From the IMG/VR virus record IMGVR_UViG_3300036791_000540: a stretch of DNA of 64,000 nucleotides; one strand, written 5' to 3'. Shown piece by piece: positions 1-8,890 of the stretch. The position numbers were made by a program, and so were the translations under genes. The notes beneath the pieces were generated by a model. It did no database searches, had not been told where the DNA came from, and was given only the letters and a program-made list of their open reading frames with translations. How positions within the stretch are numbered: the first letter of the stretch is position 1; every line of letters begins with the position of its first letter. This stretch comes from an uncultured virus (IMG/VR IMGVR_UViG_3300036791_000540) (lineage: Duplodnaviria; Heunggongvirae; Uroviricota; Caudoviricetes).

Positions 1-117
1 GAAACGGATGGAATACCGCAACGGCCAGAGCGATATCGCCAAGCTTGTTCTGCGCAATCTGCGGCCAACCGTGGAACGGGAGTTGCACCATTACTTGAAA
101 GAGCTATAAACGAGACC

Positions 118-342
118 GTGGATGCGCAACACAAATGGGAGATGACAGCGCTAAATGCACTTGAACAGGCGGTGCAGGCCAATTGCATATTGGCTCAAAC
201 TATCGACGCAGCGGTCAGCGTCGGTAAACCTCTCGACGTGCTGGCACTTCTCGCGTTGATCCGCGAAACCCAGCACCGGATAGCCCATGACATTCGACAA
301 TTGCGCGTGATAACAGAGCAACGCGAGAAGGAACAGTTATGA
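118..342 (+). CDS. hypothetical protein
   Basis: 74-aa ORF; its stop overlaps the next start (ATGA coupling). Confidence 0.55.
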   Translation: MDAQHKWEMTALNALEQAVQANCILAQTIDAAVSVGKPLDVLALLALIRETQHRIAHDIRQLRVITEQREKEQL

Positions 343-890
343 TTGAACCTCCAGAGGAACAGCTTGCTCGCACGTTTCATAACATTTACGAGCGCCTTGC
401 TCCTGACTACGGCTATGAGACGCGAAAAGAAACACGCGACTTTGACCCGACAACTCCTAACGGGCGACTGATGGCGGCGGTCTGCCGTGAGATCCTTTTG
501 TATCACCTACCGACCGACGAAAAGGAGGCAACATCAAATGACGCGGCTCTTAAACGTAAGCAAGTCATTGCCGACTTCGTTTGTGCGATATTGCACGGTG
601 ACGAAGTGCATCGCGCATGGTTACGGGATGCGGGCGATGCGTTTATTACGGGGAAACCAATTCCACCGCCTAGAGACAGTAAGGGGAAATTAGCCGACGC
701 TGGATTAAACTTCGTTACCCTACGGATAAAAGATTGCAATGGAGATAAGATCAAAATCGTTCCTACAATGTCAGGAAATTTACAAGTTGGAACGTTCGCA
801 GGCATCATCAGCGTGGACGAGATCGAAGCTATTGAGAAACTGCGCCTAGCCGCAATCGCTGCCGCCGCCGCCGAAAAGGAGCAGCCATGA
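339..890 (+). CDS. hypothetical phage protein
   Basis: 183-aa ORF, coupled on both sides by ATGA overlaps. Confidence 0.7.
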   Translation: MIEPPEEQLARTFHNIYERLAPDYGYETRKETRDFDPTTPNGRLMAAVCREILLYHLPTDEKEATSNDAALKRKQVIADFVCAILHGDEVHRAWLRDAGDAFITGKPIPPPRDSKGKLADAGLNFVTLRIKDCNGDKIKIVPTMSGNLQVGTFAGIISVDEIEAIEKLRLAAIAAAAAEKEQP

Positions 891-1096
891 GAGACATCCT
901 AGCTTGGATCGGCTGTTACTTGATTGTCGGCGCGGTCTTTTTTGGTGTCATCTGTTCAGCCATCGACAAGAACGGCGACAAATGGGCACCGCCGCTCTTT
1001 ACAATCTTCATCGGTAGCCTGCTCTGGCCGTTGACCACCATCGCCGCGCTCGCTTACAAGCTGGCCGAATGGTTGGACAGAGGTCGCAAAAATTGA
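887..1096 (+). CDS. small membrane protein
   Basis: Two hydrophobic segments; AGGAG upstream. Confidence 0.65.
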   Translation: MRDILAWIGCYLIVGAVFFGVICSAIDKNGDKWAPPLFTIFIGSLLWPLTTIAALAYKLAEWLDRGRKN

Positions 1097-1128
1097 ACAA
1101 TGACACCAGCTGTGTTAACTAATTCGAT

Positions 1129-1371
1129 ATGGCTAAGAAACATATTCGGACGATCCCAGAACCGGTGCGCCGATGGTATCGCAAAATCGGCGCAATGGGC
1201 GGGCAGGCTGGGAAAGGCACCGAACTGAGGCGCGAACTCATGCGCCGCAACGCCAATAAGCGCTGGGCCGGGGAAAGAAAGAGAAAAGCGATTCAGGAAG
1301 AGCGGTTCCGAGAAATTTTGGTGCGAATCCCTGCTAACACGCCACATTTGCCTCGTGTAGGGTTCAAATGA
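1129..1371 (+). CDS. small basic protein, possible DNA-binding regulator
   Basis: Arg/Lys-rich with IGAMGG...A..RW pattern; preceded by an operator-like motif at 1102-1114. Confidence 0.55.
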   Translation: MAKKHIRTIPEPVRRWYRKIGAMGGQAGKGTELRRELMRRNANKRWAGERKRKAIQEERFREILVRIPANTPHLPRVGFK

Positions 1372-1610
1372 GCGAATTCGACGTTGATGACGCATTCGAG
1401 GATTTCATGCGCGCAGTAAACCCAGAAGTCGCTCAGTATTCGGTGCAATATCGCGAGAGCAGACGCGCCTTCTTTGCCGGGGCCGCCGTGATTTATTACC
1501 ATTTGCTCTCGCTCTCAGAATGCTCGGATAAGGTCGCGATGGCCCGGATGCGGCAAATCGACGATCAGCTGATGAATTTCAAAACGCGTCTCGTGGAAGA
1601 CAAAGATTAA
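1368..1610 (+). CDS. hypothetical phage protein
   Basis: Coupled ORF with RRAFFAGA motif typical of small phage proteins. Confidence 0.7.
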   Translation: MSEFDVDDAFEDFMRAVNPEVAQYSVQYRESRRAFFAGAAVIYYHLLSLSECSDKVAMARMRQIDDQLMNFKTRLVEDKD

Positions 1611-1613
1611 CGA

Positions 1614-2162
1614 ATGAGCGAAGAGACAAGATACTGCGATATGTGCAAAACGTCGCACCTGCCGGGGGAACATCTCTCCCGCTACCGCGAGTCGGCCCGC
1701 CCGTTCATCGTGTTCCCAGATGAACGGGAAGAGAACTGGAACCTCGAAGGCTGGATACAGGTCGCGGCTGATCTGGAGACCATGATCAACCACCTGATCA
1801 AGGAGAAGGCCGAGAAAGTCGTCGTTCAATACGTTGATCGGCGAATCCCCGGGGTCACGCCCGAGCCGCGCGATTTCGGGCTGGCCGTCGAAGCTTTCAG
1901 GAAACATGACCCGAAACTGGATTTGCACCGCGAGATCCTGACCAAGGTACACGAACTTAAGGGCAAATTGTTGCCGAACGTCGGACTTAAGGGCGACGAG
2001 GTTCTCAAATGCCCAATGACATTCGGGCCTAAAATTCCAATGCAAATAATGTCGAACGATGATGCCTCGGCGGCTCGCCATCATTATCAGGACGGAGATA
2101 ATCTCTGCGAAATTTGCCATCAGGAAATTGACGCGCCAATTCATATTCCCAGAATCGAATGA
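1614..2162 (+). CDS. hypothetical protein with CxxC motifs
   Basis: CDMC near N-terminus and CEIC near C-terminus; in operon. Confidence 0.6.
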   Translation: MSEETRYCDMCKTSHLPGEHLSRYRESARPFIVFPDEREENWNLEGWIQVAADLETMINHLIKEKAEKVVVQYVDRRIPGVTPEPRDFGLAVEAFRKHDPKLDLHREILTKVHELKGKLLPNVGLKGDEVLKCPMTFGPKIPMQIMSNDDASAARHHYQDGDNLCEICHQEIDAPIHIPRIE

Positions 2163-2824
2163 CTGGTCATTTCACCCAGCATCCGCTCTACCAAAACGAC
2201 ATGGCGCTTGCCGATGTCACTGACATGCTGCTGGCTGCTGGGCACACCATTTTCCAGCTTTTCCAGATGCCCGCAAGCGAAGAGGATCACGCCCTCTGGC
2301 TACTAGAGAAGGCCGATCCAGAGTGCATCGCTGGGCGCGTCCTGTCTCTGGGGTGCGGCGTCGGCGGCATGGAAGCTTACTGGCAAAAGTTTCGGCCATA
2401 CATGACCTTTGAGCTTGTCAATATCTCACAGTGGCAGCTATATCGCTCGCGTTGCCCCGGTCGCAAAGTCTGGGAAAACGCCGAAACCTATCACAGCAAA
2501 GAGGGGCCGTTTGATCTGGTCGTCCTCTGTTATCTGCTCGGCCACGTCAACGTGGACATGACTCTCTTGAGCGCACTGGCCAATGTCGCACCGCATGGGC
2601 GGCTCCTCATTTACGACGTCTTCGAGGGCACACCAATTTTTCGCTCATCACTCTTTTACGAGACCCCGACCTTTAACCAGCTGGAGATCTTCGGCACGGC
2701 TAACGGCCTCCGGTTTCGCACTGTTCTGGAAGAGCCCCAGATCCAGCTTACAAAATTTTTCGATGACAACATGCCGTGGGTTGCACAAGAATCGCGCCCG
2801 GGCTTATTCGTGTTTCAGCGATGA
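2159..2824 (+). CDS. class I SAM-dependent methyltransferase
   Basis: Motif I VLSLGCGVGG, GPFDLVV, and PHGRLLIYD. Confidence 0.85.
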   Translation: MTGHFTQHPLYQNDMALADVTDMLLAAGHTIFQLFQMPASEEDHALWLLEKADPECIAGRVLSLGCGVGGMEAYWQKFRPYMTFELVNISQWQLYRSRCPGRKVWENAETYHSKEGPFDLVVLCYLLGHVNVDMTLLSALANVAPHGRLLIYDVFEGTPIFRSSLFYETPTFNQLEIFGTANGLRFRTVLEEPQIQLTKFFDDNMPWVAQESRPGLFVFQR

Positions 2825-3063
2825 CTGAACTCGTCTACGAACTGAAAGAAGTGCGCGTGCGCGGCCCACGGGTGACCGTCAGAATCCGTGGCCTCGCCGA
2901 TTACCTGCTCGCGTTCAACCGTCCGAAGATTTATTCAGATCCCCAGCGCGTGGCCGAGACGGCCTCTGCTCTCAGCTTTTATCCAGTGCTCGAGTCAGAG
3001 CCGCGCAAATCATTCCTGAGCCGCTGGCGAGGCTTCTGGCGCGTCGGGAAGCACACCTACTAA
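2821..3063 (+). CDS. hypothetical protein
   Basis: ATG at 2821 overlaps the methyltransferase stop. Confidence 0.5.
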   Translation: MTELVYELKEVRVRGPRVTVRIRGLADYLLAFNRPKIYSDPQRVAETASALSFYPVLESEPRKSFLSRWRGFWRVGKHTY

Positions 3064-3276
3064 GCGAAGACCCTTGACCAGTTGCAGCGTCAGCTGGATC
3101 GCGTCGTTTACCGCTTCTGGCCGATAATCCGCGCGACGCTTCTTGCCCCATTTGTCGGGTGGCGGAAAGGCTTCCGGCCCCTCAGTGTAATCGCCAGAGG
3201 CCAGCAGGCCGGTTAAAATTGTCGCCGCGATTGCAGTAAGCTGCGGCGTTTCGCTTTTGATTTCTGGTTCAGTCAT
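3010..3276 (-). CDS. hypothetical protein
   Basis: 88-aa ORF at the end of the minus-strand arm. Confidence 0.6.
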   Translation of the reverse strand: MTEPEIKSETPQLTAIAATILTGLLASGDYTEGPEAFPPPDKWGKKRRADYRPEAVNDAIQLTLQLVKGLRLVGVLPDAPEASPAAQE

Positions 3277-3360
3277 AAAGTGTTCTTGTCGGAACTCAAT
3301 TAAGGAAGGGCTCCCTTTAGGGAAGGTAGCCTTAATGGAGTGTAGACCGAGAATGAATAT

Positions 3361-3534
3361 TTGGACTGGACTGGTTTATTAGTCCAATATTCTCTTCTTT
3401 TAAAGGCTTTTTGGACAACTCGATTTTTTGGGCTCTGGTTCACTAAGTCCAATAATAGTTCAATTATCATTTTTGGACTGAGTTGGTTCAATTGGTTCAG
3501 CTGGTTCATTTGGACTAATTGGACTTTCTGGACT
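3361..3534. repeat. iteron-like TGGACT / TGGTTCA repeats (candidate replication origin)
   Basis: TTGGACT at 3361, 3473, 3510, 3519; TGGACT 3529; inverted AGTCCAA at 3381 and 3446; TGGTTCA at 3436, 3484, 3493, 3502; AT-rich. Confidence 0.65.
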
Positions 3535-5154
3535 TGGCGGCGTTTCGGGCTTGCCCCGATACCAAAGATTCTCCTGATCAACGCTGATTTTCTGGCCCTT
3601 TTTCAGTTTCTCCCAGATCGAGTAAAATGAGCCTTTGGACATCCCGCCTTCGTCCGCCATGTACTTCTGTAGCTTGCTCGCTTTCCAGCCCTCGCCGACA
3701 CGCATTTCATCGAGAATGTCTTTCTCTGTCCACTTGCGCGGTGCACCAGATTTGCCACGAAGTGACTGCGGATTCTTGTCTTCGTCGCGCATGAAAAGCG
3801 GATCTTCCCACCGCACTACGAATTGTGAAATCGGCGGTGACACCCGAAGAGTTGTCTCGACAGCGTAACAGTCAATGTCCTCGTGCGATGTCATGGTCAT
3901 AATCGTGTCCTGATCGCGGGAGAAAACCCCCGAGCCAGAGATCCGATCAATGGATTCTTTCTGCGATTGGTTGCCTTTGGAAAAATGGCCAGCGAACGCA
4001 ATGGCCGCGCCAGTTTCATCCGCTATTCGGTCAACCTCATTGCACAGCGATGCGATATCTCCTGCCTTGTTTTCGTCTCTGTGACCCAAAAGTTTATACA
4101 TCGGATCGAGAATCAGAAAACCGAAGTGGCCAGACTTTAGCATGAGTGAATATCGTCGCCGCAACTCTTCAATCGACAGCGCGTGACCGCGCAAGTTGAG
4201 TTCTCGCAACCAACCTTCCTCGGGCTTAACGCCGAGCTGCTTGGCGATCAGTTGCAGCCGTTCGTGAAATGCCCAGTGCGGCAGTTCCAAGTTAACATAG
4301 CAGACGCGTCGCTTCGTTGTGTGAAATCCCCACCACGGCGTCCCAGTCGACACGGCGAGCGCGAGCGCCATTAGCACCCATGTCTTGCGAGCCTTGCTGG
4401 TGCCGCCGAGGATCATTTTGCTGCCTTGATACAGCACATGGTGCACGACTTGCGGCGGCTTAACTGGCAATTCCCCGTTGAGCAGATGCGCTGCATCATA
4501 AAACCCGATCTCTCTCATCCCCTGCCCTTCTTCAAGCAAATGCCCATAGCTGCCAGCAAAGCTTGTGAGCACATCAAGCGCACCTCTGTCAGTCTGCTTT
4601 TGGGCGGCTCCAGCAAGCGCGAACGCATGGCGAATCATTCGCCTGAACAAGTATTTTTCGCGAATGATCTTGCTGTAATCATCGATAAACGCAGCGCCAC
4701 TGGTATCCCTGACCAATTGCGTGACGTATTGGCGGCCACCGACTTCGTCCGCGATTTTAGTGTCTTCAAGATACTGGCTGAACGTCACCAGATCGAGCTT
4801 GCTGCCACTGTCCCACATATCGCAGAGAGCTTGGAAAATCTTGCCGTGAACAGGCGAAGCAAACGAATCAACGCGCAGCATGAGCGCAGCTTGCGCGATT
4901 GTATTCTGTGGCTCGTTAATCATCGCGCCGAGCAATGCCATTTCGATCTCCAGAGCTTGCGGCACATCTGCTATCGTTTCTTCGACGGTTCGGTCTGGCT
5001 TGGTTTTGCGCGTGACGGCGCGGGTTTGTACTGGCTGCTCCGCCTTGACGATTTCTGCGGCAGCCTGCGGCGTTGCCGGGGGCTCCTGAGGAGCGTCTTT
5101 GAGTTTGAGTTTCGGGCCCGGAGGCGGGTCAGGCTTAACCTTGAGTATGCCCAC
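3460..5154 (-). CDS. replicative helicase: DnaB-like N-terminal domain fused to RecA-fold AAA_25/RepA-type ATPase
   Basis: E.ALLGAM...F...H..IF.A...D.VT (DnaB-N); Walker A GTSKARKT; Walker B LILDP; H..K...SGS motif. Confidence 0.85.
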   Translation of the reverse strand: MGILKVKPDPPPGPKLKLKDAPQEPPATPQAAAEIVKAEQPVQTRAVTRKTKPDRTVEETIADVPQALEIEMALLGAMINEPQNTIAQAALMLRVDSFASPVHGKIFQALCDMWDSGSKLDLVTFSQYLEDTKIADEVGGRQYVTQLVRDTSGAAFIDDYSKIIREKYLFRRMIRHAFALAGAAQKQTDRGALDVLTSFAGSYGHLLEEGQGMREIGFYDAAHLLNGELPVKPPQVVHHVLYQGSKMILGGTSKARKTWVLMALALAVSTGTPWWGFHTTKRRVCYVNLELPHWAFHERLQLIAKQLGVKPEEGWLRELNLRGHALSIEELRRRYSLMLKSGHFGFLILDPMYKLLGHRDENKAGDIASLCNEVDRIADETGAAIAFAGHFSKGNQSQKESIDRISGSGVFSRDQDTIMTMTSHEDIDCYAVETTLRVSPPISQFVVRWEDPLFMRDEDKNPQSLRGKSGAPRKWTEKDILDEMRVGEGWKASKLQKYMADEGGMSKGSFYSIWEKLKKGQKISVDQENLWYRGKPETPPSPESPISPNEPAEPIEPTQSKNDN

Positions 5155-5166
5155 CGCGCGCCTTAT

Positions 5167-5262
5167 CCAACAACCCCCTGTTCGACAGTCAGGTGTTGGC
5201 CGTCGGGCCAGATAAGTTGTGGGTTTACCTTACCCGACTGTCGAACGGAGAGTTGTGTTTGG
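5167..5262 (-). promoter_or_regulatory. structured 5' leader of the helicase gene
   Basis: TGTTCGACAGTC (5179-5190) pairs with GACTGTCGAACG (5236-5247) and encloses two small hairpins; TTGACA at 5326-5321 upstream. Confidence 0.55.
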
Positions 5263-5337
5263 AGATTGGAAAATCGTTCGGCGAAACCCACATTTCACCT
5301 TGAGCGGTGGGGTGCGACACTGTCAACGAAATTTTTT

Positions 5338-5535
5338 TCAACCGAACGGCAACCTGATCGAATCGATCTTTTTGCGAACGCTTTCCACAAGCGCACTAGT
5401 ATTGTTTGTGACAGTTTTGACGGCGTCCAGCTCCTTTTTCAACGCGTCCAGTTTTTCGATGATCGCGCGTATGTCCGCGACCATTTGCGCTACCAGCTTC
5501 AGGTTTTTAAATGCTTCACGAATTGTTTCTATCAT
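5338..5535 (-). CDS. small coiled-coil protein
   Basis: Heptad-like 65-aa ORF, coupled. Confidence 0.6.
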   Translation of the reverse strand: MIETIREAFKNLKLVAQMVADIRAIIEKLDALKKELDAVKTVTNNTSALVESVRKKIDSIRLPFG

Positions 5536-5864
5536 GTGTTTAGTGCCTCTACGGCTTTAACGCGCTCGACCATCTGGTCGTGCATCGCTTCGGCCTGTTC
5601 CCGGTTCCCAGAGCACCTGTCCATCTCGTGATCCAGTGGCCCGTTGAACACCATCGTTTCCCAAAGGACAGGCGGGGCATTCTCATCCTCAAAATTAAAG
5701 TTGTAATCGATCCCAAGGAAGATAGTCGACACTCTGGAATCGCCAACCCGTTCAGCTTTGATTATGCGGTTCTCGGACTTTTCAAACCAGCGCGCCCACG
5801 TCATCAAATCACACCGGATCGGTTTCTCGCCTTTGTCATCCAAGATCCAATGGCCGAGTTGCAT
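5532..5864 (-). CDS. hypothetical phage protein
   Basis: VSTIFLGID...LWETMVF pattern, recurrent in phage proteins. Confidence 0.75.
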   Translation of the reverse strand: MQLGHWILDDKGEKPIRCDLMTWARWFEKSENRIIKAERVGDSRVSTIFLGIDYNFNFEDENAPPVLWETMVFNGPLDHEMDRCSGNREQAEAMHDQMVERVKAVEALNT

Positions 5865-6236
5865 TTAAACGTGGCAGACGTGGTAGTGATGCAAAGCACA
5901 TAGCCATCTCACATCAAAAGGTTTCGAATAGTCATCATGGTGGCCTTGTGACTTAGGATTCGCGCAGACTTCGCATGGCTGCCTCTTTATACGACCAGAT
6001 TCCAGCGCGTAATAAAGGGCGCGGCGAGCCCTGCGTTTATCTTGATTTGCTTCGCGATAACGCTTGTCCACGGCCTTAAGGCGCTCGGAGTTCTTAGCAC
6101 GCCAAGCCCTTCGATAGGCTAGGTAGCGTTCATGGTTGTTGGTGCGCCATTCTCTTTCATAAGCAGCATGGTCGCCGGGATTCCTTGCTCGCCACTCTCT
6201 TACGTAAGTTGCTCTATTTCGCTGGCTCATGTTCAC
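5865..6236 (-). CDS. HNH-like endonuclease, copy 1
   Basis: Basic repeats, then PCEVC...HHDDYSKP..V.WLC..HH. Confidence 0.75.
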   Translation of the reverse strand: MNMSQRNRATYVREWRARNPGDHAAYEREWRTNNHERYLAYRRAWRAKNSERLKAVDKRYREANQDKRRARRALYYALESGRIKRQPCEVCANPKSQGHHDDYSKPFDVRWLCALHHYHVCHV

Positions 6237-6663
6237 CTTCCATTAGCAAACCCGCGAAGCGTTTCTGGCGCAGCGTTTCGTAGAGTGTGACACCTTCCGC
6301 GTTTTGCGCGAACGGTAGAAAGACTTGTTCGACCGATACCATTCCAGTTTCAATCAGTGCCAGCTGCGCTTCCACCCACCGCAACAAAATGCGCCACGCA
6401 ACTCGAGTCGCTTGTGCTCGGTTATCTTTCGAGCGCACCTTCTGCTTTTTCAAAATACTCTCGACAGCGTCAATATTAGCTGGCAGCTCGAACGCGAGAT
6501 TGCCAAACTGCGTCTCGATTCTGAACGATAACCCTACCAGATCGCGCGTGGTGCGACTGTATTCTTGCAGGATCTGGAACGCGCCAGCCCGAGCCAATTT
6601 TGCTTGGATCTCAGCGACTGTTTTCTCAGGCGCGATCTGGGTTGAATAGTTGAGCAGCGGCAT
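6214..6663 (-). CDS. hypothetical phage protein
   Basis: Likely start MPLLNYST at 6663; RVAWR...WVEAQ..FLP pattern. Confidence 0.75.
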   Translation of the reverse strand: MPLLNYSTQIAPEKTVAEIQAKLARAGAFQILQEYSRTTRDLVGLSFRIETQFGNLAFELPANIDAVESILKKQKVRSKDNRAQATRVAWRILLRWVEAQLALIETGMVSVEQVFLPFAQNAEGVTLYETLRQKRFAGLLMEGEHEPAK

Positions 6664-6934
6664 CTTGGTAACACTTCCTCCTGTTAAGCCACGTTTCCAT
6701 CTGCGCTTTGACGTCGTCCTCGGTGCCGAAGAAGTAACGGGGGAATCCGTCAGCGCCATCTATATCGTTGTTCCAACCGTCCACAAAGATCTGCCAGTCG
6801 CCACGGTCACAGTAAGACGGGCGGCGGACGATATAGATCTCGTAATGGCCCATGCCACCTTCGCGGTCGTGTAGCTTACACGGCGCGCGTAGAACCCATT
6901 CCTTATACTCGTCGTTGAGTTTCCAGTCCATCAT
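6626..6934 (-). CDS. hypothetical protein
   Basis: Coupled ORF in operon. Confidence 0.65.
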   Translation of the reverse strand: MMDWKLNDEYKEWVLRAPCKLHDREGGMGHYEIYIVRRPSYCDRGDWQIFVDGWNNDIDGADGFPRYFFGTEDDVKAQMETWLNRRKCYQDAAAQLFNPDRA

Positions 6935-7215
6935 AGGTCTAACACAAGCTGGTCAGTTTTCCGCCTTCTTATCCCCGGCTTTTCCGTGCGGATGACTGGG
7001 GTTGTTCGACGAGAGTGCGCGCGTGCCCAGCCCGGCTCCAGAAGAAGCTCAGGCGGTTCCGAAATCTCTTGCATACCACCCGGGTAAATCCAGTACCAGC
7101 CAGTCAACCGCAGGAACGCCACAAACATGAGCGAGCCACCAATACGAGCGGTCACAGTTCTTCCTTCGAGATCTGCGGGCTCAATCTGGCTTGTTGGAAT
7201 CCATTCCTTACTCAT
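6931..7215 (-). CDS. hypothetical protein
   Basis: Coupled ORF in operon. Confidence 0.6.
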   Translation of the reverse strand: MSKEWIPTSQIEPADLEGRTVTARIGGSLMFVAFLRLTGWYWIYPGGMQEISEPPELLLEPGWARAHSRRTTPVIRTEKPGIRRRKTDQLVLDL

Positions 7216-7489
7216 TTGCGATGTGCTTTTTCACCTCGTGCGTAATACGCTCATGGGCGTTGATCGCTTGCATGAATGCGTTGCGTATCTCTTCGTCGTT
7301 CAATCCGCTATCTCTCATCAGGCACTTGATTGAGCCAATCACATTAAGCAGAACGACAGCCGCAGGCATACCAGCTTTCAAAGCTTTGACGCAAGCTTCG
7401 GTAACACTCATGTCTAGGTCAGCCATAACACTGAACTTTGCAAAAACTTCTGTTTTGAGGCCAGTCGCCGTTTCCTTTTTTTTCTTCAT
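7208..7489 (-). CDS. hypothetical protein
   Basis: Probable start MKKKKE; start uncertain (frame open to 7615). Confidence 0.5.
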   Translation of the reverse strand: MKKKKETATGLKTEVFAKFSVMADLDMSVTEACVKALKAGMPAAVVLLNVIGSIKCLMRDSGLNDEEIRNAFMQAINAHERITHEVKKHIANE

Positions 7490-7601
7490 TTTTTTCGCCT
7501 CGTTCCCAAATAGAAACCCAGCAGGAGCGCTACGGCTGGGCCAGCCGTGACCCACAGGATGCATATCCAGCTGCGGCATTCGCCTATTGCGACAATTATC
7601 A

Positions 7602-8153
7602 TTACATCCCTCCATGACCGCTCTCGGTGATCTGGTGTTGTAACTCGTCCACTTGTCGGCGCAGGGCTTCGTTCTGGCTTACCAGCCCGACATACTCGCG
7701 GTAATCAGTGTAAGCTTTGTTCTTGGCCGTCAGAAGTTGCTCTCTGAGCTTGGGAACGCACAGCCTAAGATAAGCTAGTTCATCCGTAGCCAGCCGTGGT
7801 GGTTTACCGCCGCAAATGGGGCAAGCCCCGGGATGTTCACGCAGCCAGTTGATGATCTCCTTCGGCGTGAAGTTCGCCGAGCCGACTGGGACATAACAAG
7901 ATGGCGAGGCGATGCATTCAATCCCCGGCTTTCTTTTAACGTAATACTCCGCCGAGCCTGCGGGTTGAACGGTCGGCTCGGCGTTACCCGATAAATCGCC
8001 CGGGTTTTCCTTGGTCGGGTTGCACTTCACATCACCTCCTTTTTCAAATTCCTCCACGAGAATGTGTCGCAATTCTCTGTCATCAATAAAAAGACCGTGC
8101 TCTTTTAAAAGGGCTTCGATCTCTCTCGCTGCTTTTTCGCTTTTCTCGCTCAT
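7602..8153 (-). CDS. hypothetical protein with CxxC and coiled coil
   Basis: Start MSEKSEK overlaps the upstream stop; CPIC motif. Confidence 0.6.
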   Translation of the reverse strand: MSEKSEKAAREIEALLKEHGLFIDDRELRHILVEEFEKGGDVKCNPTKENPGDLSGNAEPTVQPAGSAEYYVKRKPGIECIASPSCYVPVGSANFTPKEIINWLREHPGACPICGGKPPRLATDELAYLRLCVPKLREQLLTAKNKAYTDYREYVGLVSQNEALRRQVDELQHQITESGHGGM

Positions 8154-8383
8154 GGTTGCTGCTCCTTTATCCACGCCTCGATGTCTTTCGGCATGTCTCG
8201 CTCGCACACCTCCGCCATGTGGCGAAGCACTTTTGCTAACTCAAACATCGCTTCCGGTGGTGCTTGAATGGAGAATCCCCATCCTGCTTCGCCGCCAAAC
8301 ACCATCACGCACGCGCCCATCGCTTTCGATTGTTCGCGGACATAGGTGCACAGATCATCGTATTTACCAGCCCCTAACGCCAT
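8150..8383 (-). CDS. hypothetical protein
   Basis: Coupled ORF. Confidence 0.7.
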   Translation of the reverse strand: MALGAGKYDDLCTYVREQSKAMGACVMVFGGEAGWGFSIQAPPEAMFELAKVLRHMAEVCERDMPKDIEAWIKEQQP

Positions 8384-8773
8384 TTATGGTTCCCTCCTAC
8401 GTTTAACTACGCGACCATCGCGCAGACCGACCTGATCGCCGCGTGACCAGCTCACATCGTGGCCCGGTATGTCTCTGGCTCTGCCATCAACCCAGCACTC
8501 GTAGATACCATGATCCCATTTCGGTAGCCCGACATCGTTGTTTTTCAGGAGCCCTACCACCCACCATTCACGTCCGTTCCTGTATTCGGCTATCAGGCAA
8601 TTCCCGCTGACCGAATATCGGTGAAACGTCTTGAGCACTGAAAAATTTTTAACCCAAGGGATCGCCAGCAATTCCTCAAGCGTATCGAACTCGACGAGCG
8701 CCTTCGGATAACCCTCCACAAAATCTGGGCGATGTTGCCTGATCGAGTTACTCTTCTGTTCTGTTTCGCTCAT
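8384..8773 (-). CDS. hypothetical protein
   Basis: AAGGAGG upstream; abuts next gene. Confidence 0.7.
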   Translation of the reverse strand: MSETEQKSNSIRQHRPDFVEGYPKALVEFDTLEELLAIPWVKNFSVLKTFHRYSVSGNCLIAEYRNGREWWVVGLLKNNDVGLPKWDHGIYECWVDGRARDIPGHDVSWSRGDQVGLRDGRVVKRRREP

Positions 8774-8890
8774 CTTGCTGCCCCTCCTTTCGCGCTATTA
8801 GAACGGCGATGAAGATGCCCACGCATCCGCCACTGGCGAATGACGCTATGTTTGTTAGTAACATCCATATCATGCACTGGTGTTCTATGC

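Noticed and set aside
3361..3534. Short periodic repeats as a CRISPR array
   Set aside because: Units are 6-9 bp with no unique spacers and no cas genes
5167..5262. tRNA gene
   Set aside because: Multi-stem, but lacks T-loop/D-loop consensus and tRNA arm lengths
4426..5631. 401-aa + strand ORF
   Set aside because: Antisense shadow of the helicase and adjacent genes; no recognisable motifs
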